Shown piece after piece: positions 30,517 to 41,591 of a DNA stretch of 64,000 bases; the stretch's first letter is position 1, and each line of letters opens with the position of its first letter. The position numbers and the translations under genes are program-made. The stretch comes from Schmidtea nova (Eukaryota). Below the pieces are notes generated by a model. That model saw only the letters and a program-made list of their open reading frames with translations, did not search any database and was not told the DNA's origin. The DNA is taken from positions 148,180,001 to 148,244,000 of the forward strand of contig CM097882.1 of NCBI GenBank assembly GCA_044892505.1. Direction: 5' to 3'.

Positions 30517-30980
30517 CCTGTTGGGCTTTCCAATCAGCGCCTTTAATCTCACCTGTTATCTCGACTTTATTTCTCTCAACATCACTCATTATCCCATTAG
30601 CCTGCTGGGTTTTCCAGTCAGCGCTTTTAATCTCACTTTTTACTCCTGCTTCGTTATTCTCGACCTCGATTGTCGTTTCTTTAGCCTGCTGGGTTTTCCA
30701 GTCAGCGCTCTTATTATCCTCCGTTTATCTCTTTACTATCGACCTTTAATCGTTCTTTACTCCGATGATCATCACTTTTTGACCTGCTGGGTCTTCCAGT
30801 CAGCGTCCTCAATTTCACTACTTTATTATTACTCACTTTTATTCTCTCGATCTTTCCTGATCGTTATCATTGACCTGCTGGGTTTTCCAGCTAGCGTCTT
30901 TACCACTTTACCTGTCTTAACAAACCGGTTTCATTTTACTCTCGTCGAATCTCATGGTCTGCTGGGTTTTCCAGTCAGCA
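30517..30980 (-). repeat. Six copies of a 23-nt hairpin motif separated by 60-75-nt dissimilar spacers
   Basis: cctgctgggttttccagtcagcg-like copies start at 30517, 30601, 30685, 30783, 30874 and 30958. Confidence 0.9.
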
Positions 30981-31307
30981 CCCTATACTTACTCACTTTA
31001 TTTTATTACTCCTCTCTGTATGCATACTTTAACATCACTAGGCCACATAATCAGCTTTACTCGCATTTATCAATACCCAGGTGCGCACCTTTAACTTCCT
31101 CGTTACCAATTTGGTTTCTTTCAACCGTTATTCTTCATTATTCGCTATTCATTTTTACTATTCATCATTTATCCTCATTATCAATTATTCATCTCTATTA
31201 TCGCTTGTTTAACTCGACTATCCGGATAGTTTTGTACTTAATTTAGTCCTCATTTGCCTCAATTCGTCGTCTTTCTCGTGGGCTTTTTACTCCATATCTT
31301 ATTCTGG

Positions 31308-31830
31308 ACGAGAACTACGCTCACAGCTGAGAACTATGCTCACTAACGCGGGCTGCGTTTACTACGAGACTAGGCTCACTGGCGAGAACTACGCTCAATG
31401 ACGAGAACTATGCTCACTAGCAAAACATAGTTGTTACGAGGGTTTTGCTTACTGATGGAAACTCTGTTTGCTCCGGAGATTATGTTCCCTGATGAGAACT
31501 ATGCTCACTGATGGTGACTACAGGAACTTCCTGATGAGAACTAAGCTCACTTTGATGACTATGTTTATTAATGAGAACTCTGCTCACTATTAGGCTTGTG
31601 TTCGCTAACGAGAACCGTGCTCACTATGATGTTGTGTTTTATGACGAGACCTACGCTCACTAAGATGTTATGTTTTATGACGAGACCTATGCTCACTATG
31701 ATGTTATTTTTATGACGAGACCTATGCTCACTATGATGTTAGGTTTTATGCCGAGACCTATGCTCACTATGATGTTATGTGTTATAACGAGACCTATGCT
31801 CACTATGAGACCTAGGCTCACGAACGAGAA
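31308..31830. repeat. Degenerate tandem array (about 15 copies of gaga[a/c]ctatgctcact, 33-34-bp period in the regular part)
   Basis: Recurrent gacgagacctatgctcactatgatgtt units. Confidence 0.85.
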
Positions 31831-32524
31831 CTCGAAATATCATCTCTCAGTGGTTGCATGTGTTTCTTCGGAGATGTTCATCTCTCAGTGGTCACTTATG
31901 CTTCTTCGGAGAATCTATTGTCGCGCTTCGTTAAGTTCTATCTTTCAAGAACTATGGGCAAATCCTTTCTCTTTAGGACCCCCTTTTATTATTTCCTTTC
32001 TTTCAAGGATTTCATTTAACCTCGAGTTTTCCATTTACTCGGCTCATCTACTACACCCCTTTATTCTGTTATCTATTCATCGACTTCTCTACTTGATTTT
32101 ATTTAATGCGAGCTGATAACGTGCCTTTTATCATATACCACATTTCTCTACTCATCTTACTCATTTCCTTGCTTTCTCTCTCTCTTTACTGATCAGTTTT
32201 AACATCCTCTTTTTATAGTTTTTTCTGCGCGCGCCTAAACCTCGTTGAGTTGTCCCTACCTTTCGCCCCAACCAAAATATATAAAAAGATCGCATTGGTC
32301 CACTGATGCACGATGTGGTGATCAATCACACCACAAGAGCTTTCCAATATCCGCGATTGGCCCCTTTCTACACATCTCGGGTAAGTTGATCAGTTGGTTC
32401 CCCCAATGGGTGCTTATCGGACTACTCGTAAGTAGCTCATGATTACTTAGGTCATTTTTACCAAATCATTGTTAAACCCTCATAATTTCAACAACAACTG
32501 TACTTGTTCAAAACTTTATTTCTA

Positions 32525-32983
32525 TTAAAAGTACACTGTTATTTTCTCGGATACGGGAAGGTTGCACATAGGACATCGTTCATTTATTTTACAGTCATTA
32601 CAGAATCGAAAATGCCCACATGGCAACAACATTATCTGTATTTTGTTTATTTCACAGATATAACACGTCAGATACTGTCTCGTATATTCGGTTGTCATTC
32701 TTATCCACTCATCGTGTTTTGTTGTTAACTGTTGTTCTAGCCTGTGGCACTCGATATTCATCTCAGGGTTGTTTAGTCGCTCTTTATACCATTGATATCG
32801 TGTTGCTGTATCCACTGTATTCTTATTCTCACTTAAGCTCATCATCCTTTCAGCTCTTTCTGTGTTGTTTGTCGGTTCATGATATTCTCCTACTTCGAGT
32901 CGTTTTAACTTTCTCATTACTGTTTTTACTGCCTCGTTGTTTGTATCGAAAAACGTTTGCATTTCTTTTATTTTGTTCTCCAT
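32525..32983 (-). CDS. Coiled coil plus C-terminal IAP/MDM2-type C3HC4 RING protein, 152 aa
   Basis: CYICEINKIQIMLLPCGHFRFCNDCKINERCPMC, ending ITVYF; no BIR domain seen. Confidence 0.85.
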   Translation of the reverse strand: MENKIKEMQTFFDTNNEAVKTVMRKLKRLEVGEYHEPTNNTERAERMMSLSENKNTVDTATRYQWYKERLNNPEMNIECHRLEQQLTTKHDEWIRMTTEYTRQYLTCYICEINKIQIMLLPCGHFRFCNDCKINERCPMCNLPVSEKITVYF

Positions 32984-33170
32984 CCCCTGAATGAATTCTC
33001 ATTAATTTCTGTCGATTTTTATTTATTATTTATTATTTCTATTCTACGGTAGCCCTACTGTTCGCTTTCTGTTGTTCTGTTTTGCGTCGTTACTTGCGTA
33101 TCCACCCGTGTTCTTGAATGTCGCCCCGACATGATCATTGTTAGTTGTCTACATACATATCATTTTCATG

Positions 33171-33354
33171 CATACTTTTCAACATACTTTTACATTACGT
33201 CATTCATACTTTTCATCACTTTTCATACTGTTATTCCACATACTATTCCTCATACTTCATTCATCCTCATACTTCCAATCCATTATCATTCATACTTTCA
33301 TTCTCATGCATACTTTTATCACGTTCATCAATCTTATTATTTTACACTCATACT
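33171..33354. repeat. Cluster of ten CATACT hexamers (AGTATG on the sense strand)
   Basis: Counted at 33171, 33183, 33205, 33224, 33239, 33251, 33268, 33291, 33309 and 33349. Confidence 0.75.
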
Positions 33355-33518
33355 TTTATTTATTATTTTTCAACCCGATTCATTCTTGCTTCAGGCCCCT
33401 CAAACCCTCTGTTATCATTTACTTTACTTTTCCTCGCTAAATTCACTTCATCCCGGTTCCTGCGCTCTAAAACTGTCCGCAGATATAAAATTCACTTGTT
33501 CCCACAAAGATCGATTTA

Positions 33519-33536
33519 ATCCCGGCTGAGCCCCCA
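33519..33536 (-). promoter_or_regulatory. Primer-binding site, tRNA-Pro-like (TGGGGGCTCAGCCGGGAT)
   Basis: Matches the known tRNA-Pro PBS TGGGGGCTCGTCCGGGAT at 16/18; lies 6 nt inside the 5' LTR boundary. Confidence 0.85.
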
Positions 33537-33932
33537 AATTTATGCTGGTGTGTTGGTTGGATGGACAACTGAGATCATTAAGATTTTATATGTTAGGGTG
33601 ATCTCGCCAACATAAAAACATTCCCCCGCTGACACCCATGATGTATCCCTAACTACTCATCATGTTGGTGCTGTGTCAACGTTGTGAAATGACAAGGCAG
33701 GTGAGCAACCTTTCGGCTACTATTCCCTTGTTTATTCACGGGTCCACCACTACCGATAGAAGGTGTTTGTGGATTTCTTTCGGTCCCTTTATAACGCGCT
33801 CCTTCCTTTGCTCTAGGGTAATTTAATTTTAACGTATCTGCAGCTTTTAAATGAATCAGGTTTTCATTACATTCAATTCTCAAACATTCCACAAGCAAAC
33901 AAGGCAAGTCAAATCATTCATCTATAATACAT

Positions 33933-34514
33933 TTATTTATAACTTAACAACACGGATGGTCTGATTACATTCCATAATTCCTGCTCGGAGAGTCCACTGA
34001 GCAGATCGACCTCTATGTCCAGGCGTTCGGCATATGCTCGACGCTCTCTACGTTTCTTCGCTCCGAGGCGATTCCTTCGCTTTGTCCTTTGAGACCCTTG
34101 TGGAATTATTGTGGTTGCTTCAGTAGTTGTAGTTACTGTTGTCTCCTTTTCGGTTTGTGTACTCGCAGTAACCGCTATCGAGTTTACCCATCGGTTGAAA
34201 GTGCTTGCCCGGATCACTGGGCGTAACTGTTCCGTTATGAATTCTTGGGTCGACACCTTGAGATAATTCGACAGTTCCAATTTCAACGCTGCGACCTCTC
34301 TAGCCTGCTCGTCGGCTACCTGTTCAGCTCGATGCCTCGCTTGTAGAATGGCCTTAACCCTCTCGGGATTAAACCACGTCGTTTTGACTCTTTGATGTTC
34401 ATCGCTTAACTGACGTAAGCGGCTCTCAAGGACTCGGGAACGTGCCTTGTGTTCACGTGCCTCTTGTTTGTAGTTTCGATTTTGGTTCTCGCTCATATCT
34501 GTAAAATGTGACAT
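33933..34514 (-). CDS. LTR-encoded ORF, 193 aa (5' LTR copy)
   Basis: Copy of 5870-6451 with one amino-acid difference (G/D). Confidence 0.55.
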   Translation of the reverse strand: MSHFTDMSENQNRNYKQEAREHKARSRVLESRLRQLSDEHQRVKTTWFNPERVKAILQARHRAEQVADEQAREVAALKLELSNYLKVSTQEFITEQLRPVIRASTFNRWVNSIAVTASTQTEKETTVTTTTEATTIIPQGSQRTKRRNRLGAKKRRERRAYAERLDIEVDLLSGLSEQELWNVIRPSVLLSYK

Positions 34515-34694
34515 TAATTAGGGTATGGGTAATCTGTCTGGTTTTCCAGTCACAGTTTTCTTATCAAACAATTGTGCTTCATCCTCATGCTCTTCTCATA
34601 CATTCGAAACCAAAAATAAAACCCTTTTAAAACGAATACATTTATTTTTCTATTTATAACAGGTATTCCCTCTCTGAATGTGTCTCTCTCGCGA

Positions 34695-35321
34695 TTAACT
34701 GAACGATCGCAACTCCTGATCGGCAGAATTCTCGTCTCGGCGAATTCCAGTTTCGTGGTACAGTTCTGGTGCTGGGTACCAACTCAATTTATCCCGGTAG
34801 ATAAATACTTCCCATAGACGAAGATCCTTGGGCTCCGGATGTTGATCCAATGAGACGCTTCCTGGAGCGTTTGGGTAGACTTGGACTTCCCCAGTGTCGC
34901 TACACCGAGGCCTGTCCAGCAGCAAGTATCCGAGTTGGTATAATGCGTGTCCTGACATCATCCCTGTGCTTAGCAGCCAGCGGGGTTGATTTGCATTATC
35001 CACGAACTGATAGAACCATCGGTCAGATTTCTGTTCGGTAGGGTTCGAGGAGGACACCCAATTGGCATCTCCTTCCCACCTCAATTGCCACTGGAATGCG
35101 CACGCTGGGATGCTAGCAGCCATACTCATGTGGTTTCTCACCCATCGACGCAGGTGTCGACGTGCTAGTTTGATAATTTGACGTGGAGCTTCCCTCTCTC
35201 CTTTGATCTCGAAATTCGCATTAGGCCTGACGACGGAGCGGATGCGCCGTTTCCTTCGGAAGGTACGATCTTCCATCTTCACGGTTAGTGAGTCTATAGG
35301 CTTCCCTAGACAGCTTTCCAT
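34695..35321 (-). CDS. LTR-encoded ORF, 208 aa (5' LTR copy)
   Basis: Copy of 6632-7258 with two amino-acid differences (D/N, F/L). Confidence 0.55.
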   Translation of the reverse strand: MESCLGKPIDSLTVKMEDRTFRRKRRIRSVVRPNANFEIKGEREAPRQIIKLARRHLRRWVRNHMSMAASIPACAFQWQLRWEGDANWVSSSNPTEQKSDRWFYQFVDNANQPRWLLSTGMMSGHALYQLGYLLLDRPRCSDTGEVQVYPNAPGSVSLDQHPEPKDLRLWEVFIYRDKLSWYPAPELYHETGIRRDENSADQELRSFS

Positions 35322-36342
35322 TTTGACCGTGTTGCTCGGAGCTGAAGAAGATGTCTAGATTAATTGACAGACACTGCTGCTGATCACAACTATATATACC
35401 GTTCGACCTACCCGACTTATCGACCAATTCTCCGTAGGCCTCAGCAGATCATTTGTATTCTACTAGACAAGTGACTGCGATGTAACGTAGGCCGTGGTTA
35501 ACGCTTTATTTTGTGAACTAATTCACTCCGCACTTTTCTCAGACTGTTTAGCTACGCTAAATTTGTATTATTGTTTACGATGTTATTTTTATATTTATTT
35601 TTCATCAGCCGTACTCAGTCACTCAACAATTTTCTATCAATGATCATAACCATCAACTATCAACGATCATGTTACTTTGGGGAACTCTAACGATCTCTTA
35701 CCGAGAATACCTTCTAATGTCCATCATTTTATCGGTTCTCAATGCATGTAACTTGTTTATTACATCTCTCGGGGGCTGGATACGTGTGATAGAATGCGCA
35801 GTCGACTACTATTACTCCTTGATGCTGTACCCTCCGTCTCTGAATTCATAGGGTCATACGACTTATGCCTTGCATACTATTATTCTCGTCAACACTCAAT
35901 TTATCAGCACTGGTGTTACTTGTTATATGTACATGTCCCTTGTCTAGATATCGCCATGATGTATACCATTCATACGAGGCTGTCTTTACTTTAATTGAAT
36001 TTACGATCGCTAGATCTTACTAGATACCCTATGTGCATTCACCCCTTTCCGCTTACCAAATATTTAGGAAACCTATGGTCCCGCCGCATCGGTACCTCAC
36101 ATGAAAATGTGTTGCACCGAGAGGCCAAGAATCCGTCAGGCTGTTAGGCCTCCGGAAAATCCTTATCGATTTTAGCATAGTTACAAATTATAATTATGAG
36201 GGTTTAAGATAATAATACAACTCGAATTTACCTTTTATTTCCACTTCCAATCAGATTTCCAATATTTTCTACAAGTTGTCAGTATTTCACACTCACTTAC
36301 ACTTGGTAAAAATAACATTGACAAATACTGATTTGACTCCGG

Positions 36343-36350
36343 TATTTATA
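36343..36350 (-). promoter_or_regulatory. Candidate LTR TATA box TATAAATA (copy at 8280-8287)
   Basis: About 400 nt inside the sense start of the LTR, flanked by a CCGGT/ACCGG inverted repeat. A CCAAT motif lies upstream; TCAGT and a GTAAGTG donor (36300-36294) lie downstream. Confidence 0.5.
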
Positions 36351-38166
36351 CTAAACCGGTGTTGTTGGTCAGCCAATCAGCATCGAGCGTGTGTGTCTGT
36401 TTGGTCATTCTTTTGTGCTTGTCGGCTTTTTGCTGCCTAATTTTACTCAATGATTTGTTTGTTTAATCATGCGGTAAGTTTATTTTTGTGTGATTTAATT
36501 TTTATTTTATTTTGTTTTAGGTCTTCGGTGACGTCCGCCCACCTACTGTCAATTTCAGATTTTTTTCTGCTTCGCATGAGTGAGTTTTTGAGTTTTATTT
36601 TGTTCTGATTACTGCTTTATTTCTTTTAGATGTTGCCGCTCATTTGCTACTTTTTATGCTGGTAATTTATTTTGTTATTTTTTGTAGCTTTATTTTATTG
36701 ATTGTATATTATTTTCGGATGCTGCTCGATTTGGCTGGCCCAACACAGGTAACTTGCAAGTAGTTAATTCAAAATACACGATAACGCCAAATAACAAAGT
36801 AAAAATATAACACAATAGGATGAATAAACAAGGATAAAAAAAATTTTAAAATCACCAACCTAGTAGGTATACAATCCCGAATTTCATAAGACTGATAATC
36901 ACACTATAAAGAAAAATTTAGTAATAATTTGATTTTTTTCGACTTTTACTTTCTTTTAAAATTTTAATATTTAGTTTTTCAATAATAAGAGCATATGAAA
37001 TTAATAAGTAAAAACCACAATCCTGTGTGTAGGAAAACAATCAATTTGAAATAAGCCTGATGAAAATAATATATATTCAGTATTGACATTGATGGCATCT
37101 TTGACAGCCTATCCCGTTGATTTTTATTGATTGTGCTGGGATTCGGCACTGTTTGCACATTACACATATTGTGTTTGGGATTCGATGGTTTTTGGTTGAA
37201 TTCTTTATTGGTTTCACTCTGTACAAACAATTGCGGATTTTAATTCTCATCCATTAGACCGACATTGGAAAATTCATTAACCTGACTCATATTGCAGCCA
37301 CTGAAAATCGAAGACTCATTAGAAATGTTTAAGAACGAGAATTGTTGGAGATTGTTTTGAAATTGTTGAAGTAAATGAGAATTTGCCATTCCAAACGGAG
37401 TACATAACTAAGATGAAGACGAAAGAATTGTCGTATTCTATGATTGATGATTGTTATTGACACGATCAGATAGTTTATAAGTATTCGGTTCAGATAGCTT
37501 CTTTTCACTCAGTATCTCCACAGATCTCGGATTCATCACAACGTTTGGATTTGAAAATATTTCATTTGACTTCTTTTTTGATTTTGAATTAAAAATAGTT
37601 AGTTCTTGTTGGATCATGTTGGATTTATTTGAAAAAAGTATCTCAGAAAAAGTAATTATTAAAACAAAGCTATTTAAATCTTCCATTCAATAATTATTTA
37701 ATAAATTAATTAATTAAAAAGAGAAATTTATAATTTAAGGCACTACACTGTTTAAACAACCCAAAACTCATTTTAAAAATTCAAATAAAAGAATTTCAAA
37801 AAATATGGGAAAAGAGAAAAAAACAAACATTATTTATTTATAAAGAAGACCGTAGTAAAAAATGCGTACAAAACAATTCATCAATTAAATCAGTAATAAT
37901 ACAGAGGAATGAGACATTCGTTATTAGTTCAATCGAGAAATTTCTCGTATTTGGTTTACATAACATTTTCGGCATAATAATTTGATATTAGCTTCTGAGC
38001 GATCAGTTGCCCATACAAAACAATTGGACTCGTTTGACAATAATCTTAAACAATTCTAAAATATAGACAAGATGATTATAATCTCATTGTAAATAAACAT
38101 TTTAAACACAGAAATGCTTATTAAATTTTGAAAAGAAGCACTGTAACCGTATAATTACAATTGTAA

Positions 38167-39369
38167 TTATATCAGTCTTAGACAATAATTCAAAAAAATT
38201 TCATTGGAATACGAATTTTTCGGCACTACTAAATTATTGTGGCTTAAATAAGTTTCTACCTCTGGAATAAAACAATTTCTAGATAAATCTGCAGTTACCC
38301 AATTTGCTTTCCAATATACTGGTAAAGCGTTTTTATTTAGGCATTTAAGTGCACGGGGATTCAAAGATCTATAAATGGGTTTTGTCATATAATCTCCCGA
38401 GGAATTACTGCATAAAAGTATCGTTACACGATCTTTTTATACCTTAAATTCGGGTGCAATTTTTTCATTTCTTGATATAAATGAATTATTGGGCATTTTT
38501 TCCAGCTAAGCCCATTTTCATCGGCATTGAAAACGTGTTTCGATGTGTATCCTTGCTTATCAATTATTTTTAAAAATTTTTTCTGGATATGATATGGCAG
38601 CTTCATGATCTGCCGATGCAATTTCACCTTGAATTTTTATATTGTGAAGTGAAAACAGCATTTTTGAATTTTGTCTAATTATATTACTATCCAATGGAAT
38701 CCTTTTTTGACAGCTATTATCAATCCAAGTGCTAAGTGCTTCCTCCATTTTTTCAATTATTGGCACACTGTGACGAGATGAATACTTTGAGGATTTCGAA
38801 GATATTTCAGTAGCAACACACCTAATCCCCTTGTCTTTTTTCTTGATTGTACGGACTGTCGCCTCATTTAAATTTAAGGTTTTTGTAATGTGTGATGCAT
38901 TTTCTGCTTTTAACAACCGATCTAAAATTTGCATTTTTATTTCTAAAAAAACTTTTTCTTCCAAGTTGTTTTGTTATTCTCACCAGACATTGTTATTTAG
39001 GCCTGAAAATTATTTTTCAAAAAATAGTCTTATAACTTTACCTGAAAAAAATTAATAAAATCGGTATTTAAATATTTTTGTTTCCTATTACACAAGTCTA
39101 CACAATATATTTTTTTTATTTCACAAAACAATATGGTTTGCAGACTTGCTATGGTCTTCACAAAATGACAATATATATAAACAAAATATAAATAAGAAAT
39201 AATAAAATCTGGGTATTCCACGAATTGTATTTTACGTCAATAATATAATGTTCTAAAAAAATAAAAATCGTGTTGTAGAAGAACCGTGTTGTAAGAGGTT
39301 TTCGGGAATTTTTTATCGTGTTACAGTGAAATCGTGTAGTAGGATACCGTGTTGTAGGAGGGATACCTA
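38167..39369 (-). pseudogene. Tigger/pogo (Tc1-mariner) transposase remnant with 5' terminal region
   Basis: CENP-B-like HTH (QILDRLLK...NEATVRTIKK; EKMEEALSTWI), VFNADENGL and PRALKCLNK...YWKAN in broken frames; terminus-like TA|TAGGTATCCCTC at about 39369. Confidence 0.8.
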
Positions 39370-39411
39370 TAGTTTCCATAACAAAAACTTAAGTTCATAA
39401 CAAAATATTAA

Positions 39412-41045
39412 ATTTCCATAACAAAAACATAAAAAAGAATGATTTTAATACAAAAAATTACAAAAAAATAACTATATAAATAAATTATTTATTAGATGCA
39501 TATTTTTCCGCCGAGTGAATTTTTTTATTAAATCACAATTACTTGAAAAGAGAATATTGACAAACGAAAACGACGAAAAAAATCTCAGACTTAAAGAAGC
39601 TATTCTCATTAGAGACAAACAACCAAAAATTAACTCTAAAGAGGAAATTAGTGAAATCGCCCACTTACTATCTTGTTAAAAAACATGTGGTTCTACAAAT
39701 AAGAAAGTATAAAAGTAAAAGGAAGATATAAAAAATGGAGAAAGAAAAGTGATAGTACAGAGAATTTATGGGCATTTCAAAGAGATATAATATAATTAAA
39801 TTGTAAAATTATAAAAAAATAAAATCAAATATTAAGGGTTAGAAAATTGAAAATGTAGAGTGCAGGCAATAAAAATTTAAAATTTAAAAAAAGGATAAAT
39901 CTATTTATTCGAAAAGAAATTTAGAAAAATTTTTAAAAAATTTTGGAGTTTTTATTTTATATTTTTAACAAAATAAACATTTAAAAAACAATTAAGAATT
40001 TAAAAAATCTATTAATCCGATTAACATCCAATGAAAAGGAAGAGAAATCACGAAAAAAGAAACAACAGAATGAATGAAGATACCAGTTATTTGCCGAATT
40101 AGAGATTGACGAGGATTATTTGATAATCGAAAATTTTCTCACTTAATAAAATTATTTTTTCAGCAAAGGCTTATTTTGTTACTTATTTATTAATTAATTT
40201 AATACTTGAAAGGTCATTATATAATTCTTCACAGCTAATGGGAAAATAAGACTGAACCTGCAATATTGTGAAAATGTTTAAAGCGATACACGTATAATGC
40301 GGAACACTTTCCGGGACAGTTTTCAGTGAGGGACAAATAACTCAAATCCTGGATGTCTAATCACTTTAGGATAATCTAAATAAATTTGCGGAATATTTGA
40401 TTTTTTGCGACCTAAAATTGATTTGTTAAATATTAAGTAATTCTTTAAATTAACAAAACTATCGTATTAATATTTTATGATAAACAGTTATTTCAATCTT
40501 GGAAAATGAAAGAAGACTTGAACTTCAAGTACTGCAAAATAAATTAGCGAATCAGTTTTGAATTTACCGGCTAATGAAAGCATCTGCATTCTCGGAACAG
40601 AAGCATCTTATAAAACTATTGGTGTTGTATAATCTCGATAGCAAAATGGAATAGAAAGAATCAAATACAATGACAAAATTTTAGAGACATTATTGTATAA
40701 CATGGAAGGATTTATTTTAAAGTGACCAGATGTCCGGATTATGCGGAACTGTTCGGGATTTGAGTAGTTTGTCCCTCACTGAAAACTGTCCTAGAAAGTG
40801 TTCCGCATCATACATGTATCGCTTTTAACATTTTCGAAATTAAATCTTAATATTTTCACAATATTTCAATAATTTTTCCATTAGTTGTGAAGAATTCTAT
40901 AATGACCTTTCAAGTAATTGTGATTTAATAAATAAAAATTCACTCGGCGGAAAAATATTCATTTAATAAATTATTTATTTATAGTTATTTCTTCGTAATC
41001 TTTTGTATTAAGATCATTATATTTTAAATTTTTGTTATGGAAACA
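39412..41045. repeat. Long imperfect inverted repeat (foldback/MITE-like): arms 39412-39550 plus 40205-40380 versus 40715-41045
   Basis: For example ccgccgagtgaattt / aattcactcggcgg and gacagttttcagtgagggacaaa / tttgtccctcactgaaaactgtc. The left arm is interrupted by about 650 bp. Confidence 0.75.
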
Positions 41046-41200
41046 AGAATAAAAATATTTGGTTTAATTAATTTACTAAATATAATTTTTATTTTCAATT
41101 TTTAATTATCATAATTATCTTTTTGTTTTACCTTTGATCTTTTTTAATATTAATATCAATAATTCCCATGATGGATGACTATAGATCAAAATTTCTTTAA

Positions 41201-41591
41201 CCCTTACAATACTGTAGGGCCATATTGTCCCAGAGAATTTCTAATTATTACTAAACTAATTTAAATGCTTACAAATGCATCGGGATCTGGAATTTTAGTA
41301 CTGTACGGTCATAGGCTCGTAAACATGTCCAAACCTATCTGCTTTGTTGATGTTTGCTTTATTTCTTTTCTATAACATTTTACTATCATAAAATACTGTT
41401 GGGACACATACGACCCACTCACCAATACTATTGGGACAACATGTTCCAATTATTATTTTCCAATAATCAATAAATAATATGATCATTTATTTAAATATTT
41501 ATTTTCCCCGTCAAACTAAATCAGCAATAAATGTTTTGTGCTATAAATACTACATGAATTATTAAAATAAAAAAAAATCGTATTGAAAGGG
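41201..41591. mobile_element. piggyBac-type MITE
   Basis: TTAA|CCCTTACAATAC ... GTATTGAAAGGG|TTAA (12-bp TIR, one mismatch). Confidence 0.8.

Larger units (their letters stand above)
5480..36745 (-). mobile_element. Complete giant (31,266 bp) Ty3/gypsy-type LTR retroelement / endogenous retrovirus-like element
   Basis: Two 3.2-kb direct repeats with TG...CA ends; CAGG on both flanks (5476-5479, 36746-36749); PBS next to the right LTR; gag and PR-RT-RH-IN ORFs on the minus strand between the repeats. Confidence 0.97.
33543..36745 (-). repeat. 5' LTR (3203 bp)
   Basis: Second copy of the repeat; the PBS follows it in the sense (minus) direction. Confidence 0.97.

Noticed and set aside
30517-30980. 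CRISPR-like repeat-spacer array
   Set aside because: Eukaryotic retroelement context, no cas genes, degenerate repeats, and 60-75-nt low-complexity spacers; better explained as an RNA hairpin array.
9654-31246. Many + strand ORFs (for example 10244-10735, 27330-27836, 28965-29552, 30521-31246)
   Set aside because: F/S/L-rich shadows of the A-rich coding strand or of repeats; no domains.
31486-31560. Hammerhead ribozyme (CTGATGAG motifs)
   Set aside because: No GAAA core after the putative stem II and no stems I/III could be built; these are just tandem-repeat units.
33131-33529. Three overlapping + strand ORFs near the PBS
   Set aside because: Low-complexity products of the CATACT-rich tract.
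36979-37686. Host gene disrupted near the right insertion flank
   Set aside because: Short N/S/K-rich ORFs separated by stops with no identifiable family; cannot be supported.
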